From the NCBI GenBank assembly GCA_963668625.2, contig CAXXKA010000009.1, positions 23,462 to 87,461 of the forward strand: DNA of 64,000 nt, written 5' to 3'. A program made the position numbers and the translations under genes. Below, one piece after another: positions 29,360 to 39,490 of this stretch; the first letter of the stretch is position 1, and every line of letters starts with the position of its first letter. Source of the stretch: an uncultured candidate division Zixibacteria bacterium (lineage in GTDB: Bacteria > Zixibacteria > MSB-5A5 > UBA10806 > 4484-95). Under the pieces are notes generated by a model. The model made no database searches, was not told the origin of the DNA, and was given only the letters and a program-made list of their open reading frames with translations.

Positions 29360-30382
29360 ATGAAAAATGCTATCTCACAAGCGTTGCTTATAATTTTATG
29401 TTCAGTCCTAGTAAATGCACAGGATTATCAAACTATAGAACACCATAAAGACATCAAGCGTGCTGAATATTGGGCTACTAAAGGTTATAACTTCGATCCA
29501 TCAAATATGTCTGCTTATTCAATGGATCAAAAAGTTAAAGATATAGAACGCGCAAGATACTGGAAGCAACAGGGTTACTCATTTGATCCTGATTATATGA
29601 CTGCTTATTCTATGGATCAGAAAGTTAAGGATATTGAGCGGGCAAGATACTGGAAGGAACAAGGATATCAATTTGACCCTGACTACATGACCGCTTACTC
29701 TATGGATCAAAAAGCAAAAGATATTAAGCGGGCAAGATACTGGAAGGAGCAAGGATATCAATTTGATCCTGACTATATGACTGCTTATTCTATGGATCAG
29801 AAAGTAAAAGATATTAGACGCGCAAAATACTGGGAGCAACAGGGTTACTCATTTGATCCTGATTATATGACTGCATACTCTATGGATCAAGCTGTTGCTG
29901 AAGATAAGGCACATTCATATCCTCCAAGTGAAAAATCACAAACATTTAATCAGCAAACACAAATGCAATTATATGAAATACCTGAAATAGATTCTAGATT
30001 GAATGATTCAGATAATGATAATGAATTATCCGATGTCACTAATACGGATTCAGATGATGAATATGAAATTAAATATAACCCATTTGACGGACGATTTCAA
30101 TACGTTCCCGAAAATTCTCAGATTAAATATAATCCGTATGAAAACCAGTTTTCTTACCAGCGCGAGCAGGATGTAATAAAATATAACTCTTTCGAAAACG
30201 AGTTTCAATATACAGATCCAAATGCTACGCTTCATTACAATGCTTATGAGAACATATTTGAATATGGAACGCAAGATTCCCAACTCAAATATAATCCTTT
30301 TTCGAACAAATTTGAACGAGTCCCAGCAGATTCTAAATTACGATATAATCCATTTGAAAATACTTTTGATTATGAGAAATAG
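29360..30382 (+). CDS. Secreted tandem-repeat protein (5x30 aa plus 6x18 aa)
   Basis: Signal peptide VNA|Q; repeats KDIERARYWKEQGYQFDPDYMTAYSMDQKV and KYNPFENxFxY. Confidence 0.8.
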   Translation: MKNAISQALLIILCSVLVNAQDYQTIEHHKDIKRAEYWATKGYNFDPSNMSAYSMDQKVKDIERARYWKQQGYSFDPDYMTAYSMDQKVKDIERARYWKEQGYQFDPDYMTAYSMDQKAKDIKRARYWKEQGYQFDPDYMTAYSMDQKVKDIRRAKYWEQQGYSFDPDYMTAYSMDQAVAEDKAHSYPPSEKSQTFNQQTQMQLYEIPEIDSRLNDSDNDNELSDVTNTDSDDEYEIKYNPFDGRFQYVPENSQIKYNPYENQFSYQREQDVIKYNSFENEFQYTDPNATLHYNAYENIFEYGTQDSQLKYNPFSNKFERVPADSKLRYNPFENTFDYEK

Positions 30383-30435
30383 AAATTTGGTCTAGTGCCA
30401 AGATGTTATTCCACAATCCATATCCGTATGTAAAT

Positions 30436-31392
30436 TTAATCATTAATTTTATTCAGATATTGCTCTATCAAGTTATATGAATCGCCAATCATGCCATCAG
30501 GCTTTGTATAAATAAAATTCTTTTTGGATGAATAAATAAACCGCTCCGCCCCAGAGGCAACACGGCTATTAAAATTAGCAGTTAATTTTATATCAGCTTT
30601 GTATTTTTCCTTAGCCTTTTCAAAAGTCCCCATTAACATATAACGCCTATTTAGAGGCATCAGTAAAAATGTTTTATTTAACCCAAATCCAGGGCCAAGA
30701 AAAGATTTAGAATCTTCAAAAAAAGTTAACGATACGGGTCTATCACAACAGATAAAACTTGCAGCAGTAGGATCTTGAATTTTAATCAATGTCCAATTTC
30801 TATCATGCAACATTGGCAATATAATATCAACTGTTTCAAATATCCAATAAACAAGCCATGTTCTATCAATTTTTATATCATATCTATCGCTAAAAATGAA
30901 CTCTTTCATTTCCTCAAAATTTAATTTATCATCTATTTCATACCCTTCTTTTCTCATCTGACTTATAATTGAATTGTATCTTTCTTCTGAGCTAAATGTT
31001 ATTTCCGCTGTAGCTCTAGCGATATCTTCAGTTAGCTTAGATATTACTTTCCTAAAACCTGGTGTTCTTACTGATAGTAAAGCTAGAAAATACATTAGTA
31101 TTTTAAAATCTTCACCTGTAGGGATTTCATTATATTTGATAATATTATTGATAACTGGCGCTGTACCGCTTTCAATTTTAGCAAACATTTCTTCTACAAC
31201 ATTGTTATTTATCTCATTACTATCAATCTTATAATAATCTTTTTGCTTTGCTATTTTTTCAGGCTTACTTTTAAAGCTATTTCCATTTGATGTATCAAAT
31301 ACCCAAAGGTCATCCTCTCTTTTTCCTGAAGGCGTGAATCCCGCTAAGTAGAATTGGGGCACAAAATGATGCATTTTAGGTTCATTAAGCAT
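30436..31392 (-). CDS. DUF4238-family protein
   Basis: N-terminal HHFVPQFYLAGF, VEEMFAKIES, FICCDRPV; AT-rich. Confidence 0.8.
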   Translation of the reverse strand: MLNEPKMHHFVPQFYLAGFTPSGKREDDLWVFDTSNGNSFKSKPEKIAKQKDYYKIDSNEINNNVVEEMFAKIESGTAPVINNIIKYNEIPTGEDFKILMYFLALLSVRTPGFRKVISKLTEDIARATAEITFSSEERYNSIISQMRKEGYEIDDKLNFEEMKEFIFSDRYDIKIDRTWLVYWIFETVDIILPMLHDRNWTLIKIQDPTAASFICCDRPVSLTFFEDSKSFLGPGFGLNKTFLLMPLNRRYMLMGTFEKAKEKYKADIKLTANFNSRVASGAERFIYSSKKNFIYTKPDGMIGDSYNLIEQYLNKIND

Positions 31393-31522
31393 GAAGAAAT
31401 ATATAATATTATTAAGATTTTCAAAATAAAAGAATAAGCGCTCTATTCATTTTATAATAACACATCCCCCCTCCCCCCCAATCTCCTATTGACCGCCGCC
31501 GTTTAAATTATATATTTACCCT

Positions 31523-31837
31523 CAATATAATGATAATGACTCGGGCTTATGCGTGCGCCCGAATGTAAACGATAATTCTCAAGCGGAATTATTGGCCAGG
31601 TGGAGGCTGTACCGGGTGAGGGCACCCGGCTGCTGTAGAGGCTATGCCGAAACACCAGAGGCCATGCGGCGGCAAGTTAGTGTCGCTGCCCGCTAACGCC
31701 GGAGGCTGTACTCCCATTACCTGAACCTTATGCCCTCAATACACTTTGTGGTTGGTACCCATTGGGTGCCAACATGCCGGCGAACCGGGAGGTACGTCAG
31801 CCACAAACAAATCGTTTCTTTACGGAGGATTAATTAA
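31523..31837 (+). ncRNA. Candidate structured cis-regulatory leader of the hutH-like gene
   Basis: Promoter-like TTGACC-N16-TATATT (31489-31516), several GC-rich hairpins and four RGAGGCYRTRC motifs. Confidence 0.45.
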
Positions 31838-33373
31838 ATGTCAATAAAACTTGATGGTTTCTCACTCACGATCGAGGATGTCGAAAAAATAGCCCGCCAC
31901 GGCGAAAAAGTGGAGGTCGCGCCCGAGGCCTGGGATCGTATCAATAAATGCCGGGCGATGCTGAATAAGAAAATCGAGGCCGGCGAGATCATGTACGGTG
32001 TAAACACCGGTATCGGCGAGTTCTCCGAGATCGTCTTAACCGATGAGCAGGTCAAGGATTTCCAGCGTTACCTTATCTACAACCATTCGGCCGGTATCGG
32101 GCAGCCCGCCCCGATCGAGCACGTGCGCGCCGCCATGACCACCCGTATCAATGTCCACTGTCACGGCAATTCCGGCCCGCGCCCGGAGATCACCCAGACC
32201 CTGGTCGATCTTCTAAACAAGGGAGTAACACCGGTAGTCTGCGAAAAAGGCAGTGTCGGCGCCTGCGGTGATCTGGCCCCGATGAGCCAGATCGCGCTCA
32301 TGATGATGGGTGAGGGCGAGGCATTCTACCAGGGCAAGCGTATGCCCTCGGCCGAGGCCATGAAACTGGCCGGCATACCTGTCCCCGGCTTGCAGGCTCG
32401 TGATGGCTTAGCGACTATCAACGGCTCGAATTTGATAGCCGGCATGGGCTGCTTGCAGCTTGTGGATACCGAGCGCGTACTCAAACAGGCCGAGATCGCC
32501 TGCGCCATGACCCTTGAGGCGCTACTGGCCAACATGAAACCCTACGATGAACGCATACATAAACTTCGCGGATTTGCCGGCGCGGTGAAGACCGCCGCCA
32601 ATATCCGCAAGCTTACCGAAAACTCAGATCTGGTGACAGGCAAACTCAAGGTTAAGGTTCAGGATGCCTACTCGATGCGCTCCACCCCGCAGGTGATCGG
32701 CGCGGCGAGAGACCATCTGGCCTACACCCGCAAACAGTTCGAGACCGAGATCAACGGCGTGGGCGATAACCCGATATTCCTGCCCGACGATGATGTCGTA
32801 CTCTCCGGCGCTAATTTCCAGGGCACCCCGATGAGCCTGCCTCTGGATATGGTCGGCGCCTCAATAGCCATGGTCAGCGTACTTTCGGAGAGACGCTTAA
32901 ACCGTCTGTTGAACCCCGCCTTAAGTATAGGCCTGCCCGCCTTCCTGACCAAGGGCGCGGGGATGTTCTCCGGACACATGCTCTCGCAGTACACCGCCGA
33001 TATGCTGATTGTCGAACAGCGCATACTCTCTACCCCATCCTGTATACAGTCGATCCCGGCGGCGGCCGATCAGGAGGACTTTGTCAGTATGGGCATGAAT
33101 GGCGCGCTAAAAACCCGTCAGATACTGGACAACGCTTACGGCGTATTGGGTATCGAGATGATTGCCGGCGCGCAGGCGTTGGATTTCCGCGAATTCAGTT
33201 TCGGAAAAGGCACCCAGGTCGCGCACGATGCCGTCCGCAAGGTAGTCGAGCATCTGGATATAGACCGTCCGCTGTTTACCGACCATAACAACATGGCTGC
33301 GGCGGTTAAGAGTAATGATATCTTGAACGCGGTAGAGGCCGAGGTCGGGCCATTGACTGCCTCGTGGGAATAA
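31838..33373 (+). CDS. hutH: Aromatic amino acid ammonia-lyase (histidine ammonia-lyase-like)
   Basis: YGVNTGIG, GSVGACGDLAP, GLATING, QDAYSMR, DNP, GANFQG, QEDFVSMG; hutI is present in the window. Confidence 0.85.
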   Translation: MSIKLDGFSLTIEDVEKIARHGEKVEVAPEAWDRINKCRAMLNKKIEAGEIMYGVNTGIGEFSEIVLTDEQVKDFQRYLIYNHSAGIGQPAPIEHVRAAMTTRINVHCHGNSGPRPEITQTLVDLLNKGVTPVVCEKGSVGACGDLAPMSQIALMMMGEGEAFYQGKRMPSAEAMKLAGIPVPGLQARDGLATINGSNLIAGMGCLQLVDTERVLKQAEIACAMTLEALLANMKPYDERIHKLRGFAGAVKTAANIRKLTENSDLVTGKLKVKVQDAYSMRSTPQVIGAARDHLAYTRKQFETEINGVGDNPIFLPDDDVVLSGANFQGTPMSLPLDMVGASIAMVSVLSERRLNRLLNPALSIGLPAFLTKGAGMFSGHMLSQYTADMLIVEQRILSTPSCIQSIPAAADQEDFVSMGMNGALKTRQILDNAYGVLGIEMIAGAQALDFREFSFGKGTQVAHDAVRKVVEHLDIDRPLFTDHNNMAAAVKSNDILNAVEAEVGPLTASWE

Positions 33374-33395
33374 TTCAGATATTAACGTAAGTTTT

Positions 33396-33430
33396 AATCG
33401 GCAGATGTCCTCATCTGCCGATTTTATTAT
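33396..33430 (+). terminator. Rho-independent terminator after hutH
   Basis: AATCGGCAGATG-tcct-CATCTGCCGATT followed by a T tract. Confidence 0.8.
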
Positions 33431-33568
33431 CCCCATCATCTCAAAACGAAGCGCTGCTTCATATCGTCGATTGATAGCGGAAGAATGGTTACATTAACTG
33501 CCCCATCCGAAAAGGCTCCCAAGCAGCGCTTATAAGCCAGTAGGTTATGCGAAAACAATTATGTAGCG

Positions 33569-33651
33569 GTGTCAGGAATCCATTCCTGACACCTTATTTC
33601 ATGCTGGATGTCGCCGGGAAAAGATGAACAAAGGACTTCGTCCGCCCAGCG
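33569..33651 (+). repeat. Family D REP-like repeat, copy 2
   Basis: gtgtcaggaatccattcctgacac hairpin plus a tail shared with 24444-24520. Confidence 0.7.
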
Positions 33652-33758
33652 ACGCATGGTACAGTTTTTCACCCCGGTGCTTGAGAATCAGCAGCTTATA
33701 CGAAACATCAAAAATTATTATAATGGAACAAATACCTGCCGACAATCATTACTAATAC

Positions 33759-34982
33759 ATGATGATAGAAAAGTACTTAATAGAGTTATGGGGGATCCTT
33801 CTGGAATTGGGATTCCCTTTGCTTTTAGGGATAATAATCGCCGGCGGGTTACATGTGCTTTTGCCACAGGGATTTATTCACCGCAATTTCGGCGGACGAG
33901 GTTTTAAAAGCATATTCAAAGCCTCACTGATCGGCGTGCCTATGCCGCTTTGCTCATGCAGCGTGATTCCCACGGCTATCGGGCTAAAAAAGGATGGGGC
34001 ATCCAACGGCGCCTCGACCAGCTTTTTAATCAGTACACCGCAAACCGGTGTCGACTCGATCCTGGTCAGCGCCTCGTTTTTAGGTTGGCCGTTCGCGATA
34101 TTCAAACTCGTGGTAGCGTTCATAACCGGGCTTATAGGCGGTTCGGTAGTCGATATATTCGAGCGTAATCAGAAAATAGAGAAAGAGCAATCCGATCCGA
34201 AAGAATCAATAAGGGGGGTTTGGCCCAAAATCAAGGAGGCAATCAGTTTCGGCGTATTCGAGTTGGTGGGCATGATTTACGGCTGGATAATGTTCGGCGT
34301 GCTTTTAGCCGCGCTTATTACCACATTCGTGCCAACCGGCTATCTCTCCGAGATCGCCTGGATTGGCGGTATCGGTGGTCTTCTATTGATGTTGATAATC
34401 TCATTGCCGATGTATGTTTGCGCTACGGCTTCCGTGCCTATCGCGGCCTCGCTTATCGCGGCCGGTATGCCTGCCGGGGCGGCGCTGGTATTCCTAATGG
34501 CCGGTCCTGCCACCAATATCGCCACTATCGGCGCGCTGTATCGCGTGTTTGGCCGTAAGGTTGTAACTATATATGTGGCAACCGTGGCCGTGTTCAGCAT
34601 GATATTCGCCTACCTGTTCAATTTTATATTAGGTGAGGCGGCCACGCAAGCCGTACATGAGCATCACGGAACAAACTGGTTGTATGTAGCAAGCACGGTA
34701 ATCCTTCTGGCTATTATTGCTTACCTGGCATTTAAGGATATCAAAAAAAGATTGGGGAGAACAAAACAATCCGTTATGGAGGATGATTCAATGAAATTAG
34801 AGATAAAAGGTATGACCTGCCCTCACTGTGCCGCCAGTGTCACTAAAGCGATTGAGAGCGTGCCCGGCGTAAACCGGGTAAAAGTATCGCTGGATGACAA
34901 ATCCGCTACGATCGATGGCGAGCCAAACAAGCAACAGTTGATCGAGTCGATCAAGAGCGCCGGTTATGAGGCGATAGGGTAA
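33759..34982 (+). CDS. DUF318/ArsP-family permease fused to a C-terminal HMA domain
   Basis: PLCSCSVIP, STPQTGVD, MYVCATASVP, AGPATN; GMTCPHC in the HMA domain. Confidence 0.88.
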   Translation: MMIEKYLIELWGILLELGFPLLLGIIIAGGLHVLLPQGFIHRNFGGRGFKSIFKASLIGVPMPLCSCSVIPTAIGLKKDGASNGASTSFLISTPQTGVDSILVSASFLGWPFAIFKLVVAFITGLIGGSVVDIFERNQKIEKEQSDPKESIRGVWPKIKEAISFGVFELVGMIYGWIMFGVLLAALITTFVPTGYLSEIAWIGGIGGLLLMLIISLPMYVCATASVPIAASLIAAGMPAGAALVFLMAGPATNIATIGALYRVFGRKVVTIYVATVAVFSMIFAYLFNFILGEAATQAVHEHHGTNWLYVASTVILLAIIAYLAFKDIKKRLGRTKQSVMEDDSMKLEIKGMTCPHCAASVTKAIESVPGVNRVKVSLDDKSATIDGEPNKQQLIESIKSAGYEAIG

Positions 34983-35265
34983 TATGGCCTGAAGCTACTG
35001 AGACGTCGAGCTAGCACACTTGAGGTGGCTGGCAGACATCCCCAGGCTATTCCAAAAGTATGGTTTCTGTGGCCGGCGGACTTCCTCGTCCGCCGGCTTT
35101 CGTTAGCAGGCAAACCGGTTGAGGCACACCGCCCGGGCAAGCGAGGACGCACCCCACCCCACATAATGCCATTATCCCCTCCGGTTATATTGATCTAATT
35201 TTTATTCATCATTGACTCTTAAAGTTAAAATTATCATATTGAGTTAAGTGAATTAGTATTAAAGG

Positions 35266-36651
35266 ATGATTATGGCATTACGTAAAAAAGATATCATTCA
35301 ACTGACTGTTGAGGATCTGGCATTCGGCGGCAAAGGCGTGGCTCATTACGAGGGCAAAGTCGTATTCATCGAGGGCGGACTGCCGGAGGATACGGTTGAG
35401 GCGCTGGTTTATAAAATAAAATCCAGCTTCATAGAGGCCCGGGCGGTGCAGGTATTGAAGCCCTCCCCTTATCGAATCAACCCCGTCTGCAAGCATTTCG
35501 ATATTTGCGGCGGCTGTAGATGGCAAAACTACCAGTATGATCTTCAGTTGAAATACAAAGAAGAGCAAGTCCGGGAGCATCTGGTGAGAATAGGCGGAAT
35601 CGAAAATCCACCTCTGAGGCCGATAATCGCCGCCCGCAAGAACTATTTCTATCGCAATAAAATGGAATACTCGTTTCACGAGGATCGGGAAGGAGATTTG
35701 AAACTAGGGATGCACTACCTCGGTTTCTACGACAGAATTTTCGATATCGAGGAATGCCATCTCCAGTCTCAGACCTCGAACGATATAGTCAATTTCGTTC
35801 GAGAGCAATGCATAGAAAAGCAAATTCCAGCCTATCATATTAAAAACCATACCGGCGTGATGCGATTCCTGGTCATTCGTGAGGGGAAATTCACAAATGA
35901 GAGGTTGGTTAATATTGTCACCGGCGATAATAACGATGGATACGAGGATAAGATAATCAGGCTGGGTAAAGATATTGCCGACAGGTTCGAAGGCATAAAC
36001 AGCATTATCTGGACGATAAACAGCCGAAAGGCCAATATAGCCCAGGCCGATAAATATCCCGAGATGCTCGATAAAGGTGTGATTTTCGGGCGGGATCATA
36101 TCTTCGAGAAACTTAACGAATATAAATTCCGTATTTCCGCCGATAGCTTTTTCCAAACAAACTCTTTTCAGGCGCAACTTCTTTATGACACGGTGTTAGA
36201 ATACGCCGGATTTTCACCGAACGACAGGGTTTGCGATCTCTACTGCGGTACCGGCACTATCTCGATTTATATCTCATCGATGGTGAAATCGGTTGTCGGC
36301 GTCGAGTTGATAGAAAACGCTGTCAAGGATGCCGGGATTAACGCCGAACTTAACTCTATCAAGAACGTTGAATTTAAAGCAGGCAAAGTCGAGGATATTG
36401 TCGGAGAGTTGGGGCAATTCGACAAACTCATAGTCGATCCGCCTCGGGCCGGAATACATCCCAAAGCGTTAAAAGGAATAATAGAACTGGCGCCGAAAGC
36501 TATAGTCTATGTTTCCTGCAATCCCTCCACTCTGGCCAGAGATATCGCCGAGTTGAAGGAAGCGGGTTACAGGTTAGAAAGGTCAGTAGCGGTTGATATG
36601 TTTCCGCAAACTTATCATATAGAATCGGTATCGAAACTTATTCGTGACTAA
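35266..36651 (+). CDS. rlmD: 23S rRNA m5U1939 methyltransferase
   Basis: TRAM domain, CKHFDICGGC, SFFQTN, DLYCGTG, DPPRAG, YVSCNPSTLARD, DMFPQT. Confidence 0.95.
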   Translation: MIMALRKKDIIQLTVEDLAFGGKGVAHYEGKVVFIEGGLPEDTVEALVYKIKSSFIEARAVQVLKPSPYRINPVCKHFDICGGCRWQNYQYDLQLKYKEEQVREHLVRIGGIENPPLRPIIAARKNYFYRNKMEYSFHEDREGDLKLGMHYLGFYDRIFDIEECHLQSQTSNDIVNFVREQCIEKQIPAYHIKNHTGVMRFLVIREGKFTNERLVNIVTGDNNDGYEDKIIRLGKDIADRFEGINSIIWTINSRKANIAQADKYPEMLDKGVIFGRDHIFEKLNEYKFRISADSFFQTNSFQAQLLYDTVLEYAGFSPNDRVCDLYCGTGTISIYISSMVKSVVGVELIENAVKDAGINAELNSIKNVEFKAGKVEDIVGELGQFDKLIVDPPRAGIHPKALKGIIELAPKAIVYVSCNPSTLARDIAELKEAGYRLERSVAVDMFPQTYHIESVSKLIRD

Positions 36652-36664
36652 ATCTGGAGGTAAA

Positions 36665-38350
36665 ATGTTCAGAATTTCAGTTATCCTTATATTGTTCATG
36701 TCACCCTTGTTATTTGCCGGGGCCGCGGATGATTTAAACGAGCTGATCGATGACTATATCGATTACCGGGCGGCATACTATCCGGTCTGGGCAACGGGAG
36801 TCGGTATACACGATTACGACTCGCTTCTAACCGACTACACCTATGATGGTATATTCAAGTACCGTAACGATCTGGCGATCCTTCAACAAAACCTGAATGA
36901 TATAGATATTAAAAAGCTTGAAGGCGATGATTTAATCAACTACAAGCTGCTAAAATCAGATATACTCACCGATGAGTTTTTCCTGCTGAAACATCCAGCT
37001 TACGCCAATTCGCCAACTATATATATACAGGAACCTATTGATGGTATCTATTTCCTGTTAAAAGATAATACCCGCACCATAGCCGAAAAAGCCCCGCTGA
37101 TATTCGAAAGAATGAAAAGAACTAAAGAGTTCATGGATTATCGCTGGGTATACCAGGAGGAGTTCGCCCCTATTCATTATGATGCCGCCGTGGATATGAT
37201 AGACGGCTGTATCGAGTTGATACAGGAAGCCTCCGATTTACTGATGGAGGCAATGCCCGACAGCACCAGAAGGATATCCCGCGTGACCCAGTATCTTATC
37301 CGCGATTACAAGAACTACAAAACATATTGCCAGATCGAAAAGAAAAGCGTTCGCGGCACACATGTAATCGGCAAGGAGGATTTGAACTACCTTCTGCGGG
37401 AATGCTATCTATTGGATACGGATTCTGACTCTCTCAAACGAATCGGCTGGACATGGCTCGAGAAATCCAATCTGGTTCTCGACTCCCTTAACACGATAAT
37501 CAGCGCTGAAAAAAACAGTAAATCCGATCCGGTCGAGGTTAACGAGAATCTTACCAAACAGGATATTCTTGATTATTATCAGATGGAGATAGATGAGACA
37601 GCGCGGTTCATTAAAGAACACGACCTGGTGACGATACCCGAAAAAATCGGCAAATGCATTCCGATCGAGACGCCGGAATACCTTCGCCCAATGCATAAAG
37701 GTATTGCCTATATGCCCGCGCCGGCTTTCTCCAACGATCAAACAGGCTATTTCTTCACCCGGCCGATATCGGATTTGACAGCCGATGCAAAGAGAAAATA
37801 TAGTGCAATGATACAGAATCGAACATTCAAAAGCTCGGTGGTTCACGAGGCCTACCCGGGACATCATTTGCAATTCAGTCTGGCTCATATGAATGATAAT
37901 CCACTCAGAAAAGTTCAGGATAATATGATGCTTTCGGAAGGCTGGGCGCTCTATTGCGAACAGATGATGACCGAACAGGGATTTTTCGAGGGCGATGATT
38001 TGGCCAAACGCTGGAAAGGCGTCTGGGGCGGCATCCGCTACCGCGCGGTCAGGATAATCGTCGATATCTCGTTGGCCGAGGGCACGATGACTCCCGACTC
38101 GGCTCTGGTGTTCATGAACGACAAATTAGGCGAAAACACGGAGTATTTCACCGCCGAGATTCTTCGCTATTGCGCCTATCCGACTATAGCGTTAACATAT
38201 TTAACAGGCAAGTTACAAATTCTGGATATGCTCGAAAAAGCCCGTAAAAAAGAGGGTAAGTCTTTTTCATTAAAAGAGTTTCATGACAAAATCCTGAATG
38301 AGGGATCGATCCCGCCGGCGCTTATAGCCGAAAAATACGACTATAAATAA
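36665..38350 (+). CDS. DUF885 family secreted protein
   Basis: Signal peptide; HEAYPGHHLQ, EGWALYCE, RAVRIIVD, FHDKILNEG. Confidence 0.88.
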   Translation: MFRISVILILFMSPLLFAGAADDLNELIDDYIDYRAAYYPVWATGVGIHDYDSLLTDYTYDGIFKYRNDLAILQQNLNDIDIKKLEGDDLINYKLLKSDILTDEFFLLKHPAYANSPTIYIQEPIDGIYFLLKDNTRTIAEKAPLIFERMKRTKEFMDYRWVYQEEFAPIHYDAAVDMIDGCIELIQEASDLLMEAMPDSTRRISRVTQYLIRDYKNYKTYCQIEKKSVRGTHVIGKEDLNYLLRECYLLDTDSDSLKRIGWTWLEKSNLVLDSLNTIISAEKNSKSDPVEVNENLTKQDILDYYQMEIDETARFIKEHDLVTIPEKIGKCIPIETPEYLRPMHKGIAYMPAPAFSNDQTGYFFTRPISDLTADAKRKYSAMIQNRTFKSSVVHEAYPGHHLQFSLAHMNDNPLRKVQDNMMLSEGWALYCEQMMTEQGFFEGDDLAKRWKGVWGGIRYRAVRIIVDISLAEGTMTPDSALVFMNDKLGENTEYFTAEILRYCAYPTIALTYLTGKLQILDMLEKARKKEGKSFSLKEFHDKILNEGSIPPALIAEKYDYK

Positions 38351-38397
38351 TTAACATAGCTACACTCCCTGCCGATACTATTACAGCAGGGAGAGTT

Positions 38398-39489
38398 ATG
38401 AAAATAGTACACACGTCAGATATTTATTTAGGCAAACAATTTTCGGAATACAATCTGGCCGGCGATAAAATCCGGGCCGGCCTGAAAACGACATTTTCGA
38501 AAATTATCGATTATACCATTAATCAAAAAGCGGATTTACTTATCATTTCCGGTAATCTCTTTAACGATTTAAATATCTCCAGAAACCTACAGGACTATAT
38601 AGCCTCGGAACTTGGTCGTCTTGATCAAATACAGGTTGTGGTCATGCCGGGAATAAGCGATCCGTATGTGGATGGTTCGTTCTGGAAAGTCTGGCAGCAG
38701 ACGAATCAGTATGAAAATATCAAGGCTATCGCCGATCCCGGAAAGCCTTATGTGCAACTGAGCAATCTCGATTGTGCGATTTATGGCATTTTCGATTCGA
38801 CCGGTAACGCCGATAGCGAGGAGAAATTAAAACTTCAAAACGCCACTTACCATATAGGTGTCGCCTGCATGAACATGGATTCGGCGCGAGATAAAATCGA
38901 AAACGCGGGATTGGATTTCAATTATATCGCACTGGGCGGCGAACCTAATTTCATGGACTTATCCGCCTCCGGGATGAAAGCGGCTTACTGCGGATCGCCC
39001 GAGAATATCGATTTCGAGCAGAATGGCGGCGGCAAAATAGCGGTCGTGGAAATCGACGAGCAGAGGAATATAACTGTCACGCCAGAAACGGTCGGAAGTT
39101 TCAATTGGAAAATCGAGAAGATTGAAGCCAAAGAGATTTTGACCAATGATGATTTAGCGGCGAGATTATTAAGCCTTGCCGGGACAGATCCGATCAACAC
39201 GGCTTTACGTGTCACCCTTTCGGGATTGACATTATTCGAGGCCGATCTGGCGCCCGAACTGGTCGAGGAGCAAATGAGAAGTAATTTCTTATGCCTGGAT
39301 ATCATTGATGAGACTAAAGTGCTTCCGGATAATGTTTCCGAGGTCAAAGTTTCGGAAAAGACATTGTTGGGCCAGTATATAAAAGTAATAGCGCAGGAGT
39401 TAAGCTCGGCGGATGAGGAGAAAACCCGGCGCCTGGAGAAATCGGCGAAAGCCGGCCTGGCGCTGTTGCAGGGCAGGGAGATCTGGTAA
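38398..39489 (+). CDS. SbcD/Mre11/YhaO-like metallophosphoesterase with degenerate metal ligands
   Basis: MKIVHTSDIYLG, ISGNLF, MPGISD, YIALGG, YCGSPE. Confidence 0.8.
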   Translation: MKIVHTSDIYLGKQFSEYNLAGDKIRAGLKTTFSKIIDYTINQKADLLIISGNLFNDLNISRNLQDYIASELGRLDQIQVVVMPGISDPYVDGSFWKVWQQTNQYENIKAIADPGKPYVQLSNLDCAIYGIFDSTGNADSEEKLKLQNATYHIGVACMNMDSARDKIENAGLDFNYIALGGEPNFMDLSASGMKAAYCGSPENIDFEQNGGGKIAVVEIDEQRNITVTPETVGSFNWKIEKIEAKEILTNDDLAARLLSLAGTDPINTALRVTLSGLTLFEADLAPELVEEQMRSNFLCLDIIDETKVLPDNVSEVKVSEKTLLGQYIKVIAQELSSADEEKTRRLEKSAKAGLALLQGREIW

Positions 39490-39490
39490 T

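Noticed and set aside
29440-29890. 90-bp tandem repeats as CRISPR or a DGR template
   Set aside because: They are in-frame coding repeats with mostly synonymous differences, and there is no reverse transcriptase in the window.
31523-31725. His-rich attenuator leader peptide for hutH
   Set aside because: The short ORFs I translated here contain at most one His codon.
34985-35165. GC-rich hairpins after the permease as an ncRNA
   Set aside because: gccggcggacttcctcgtccgccggc looks like another REP-like or terminator hairpin; no recognisable RNA family.
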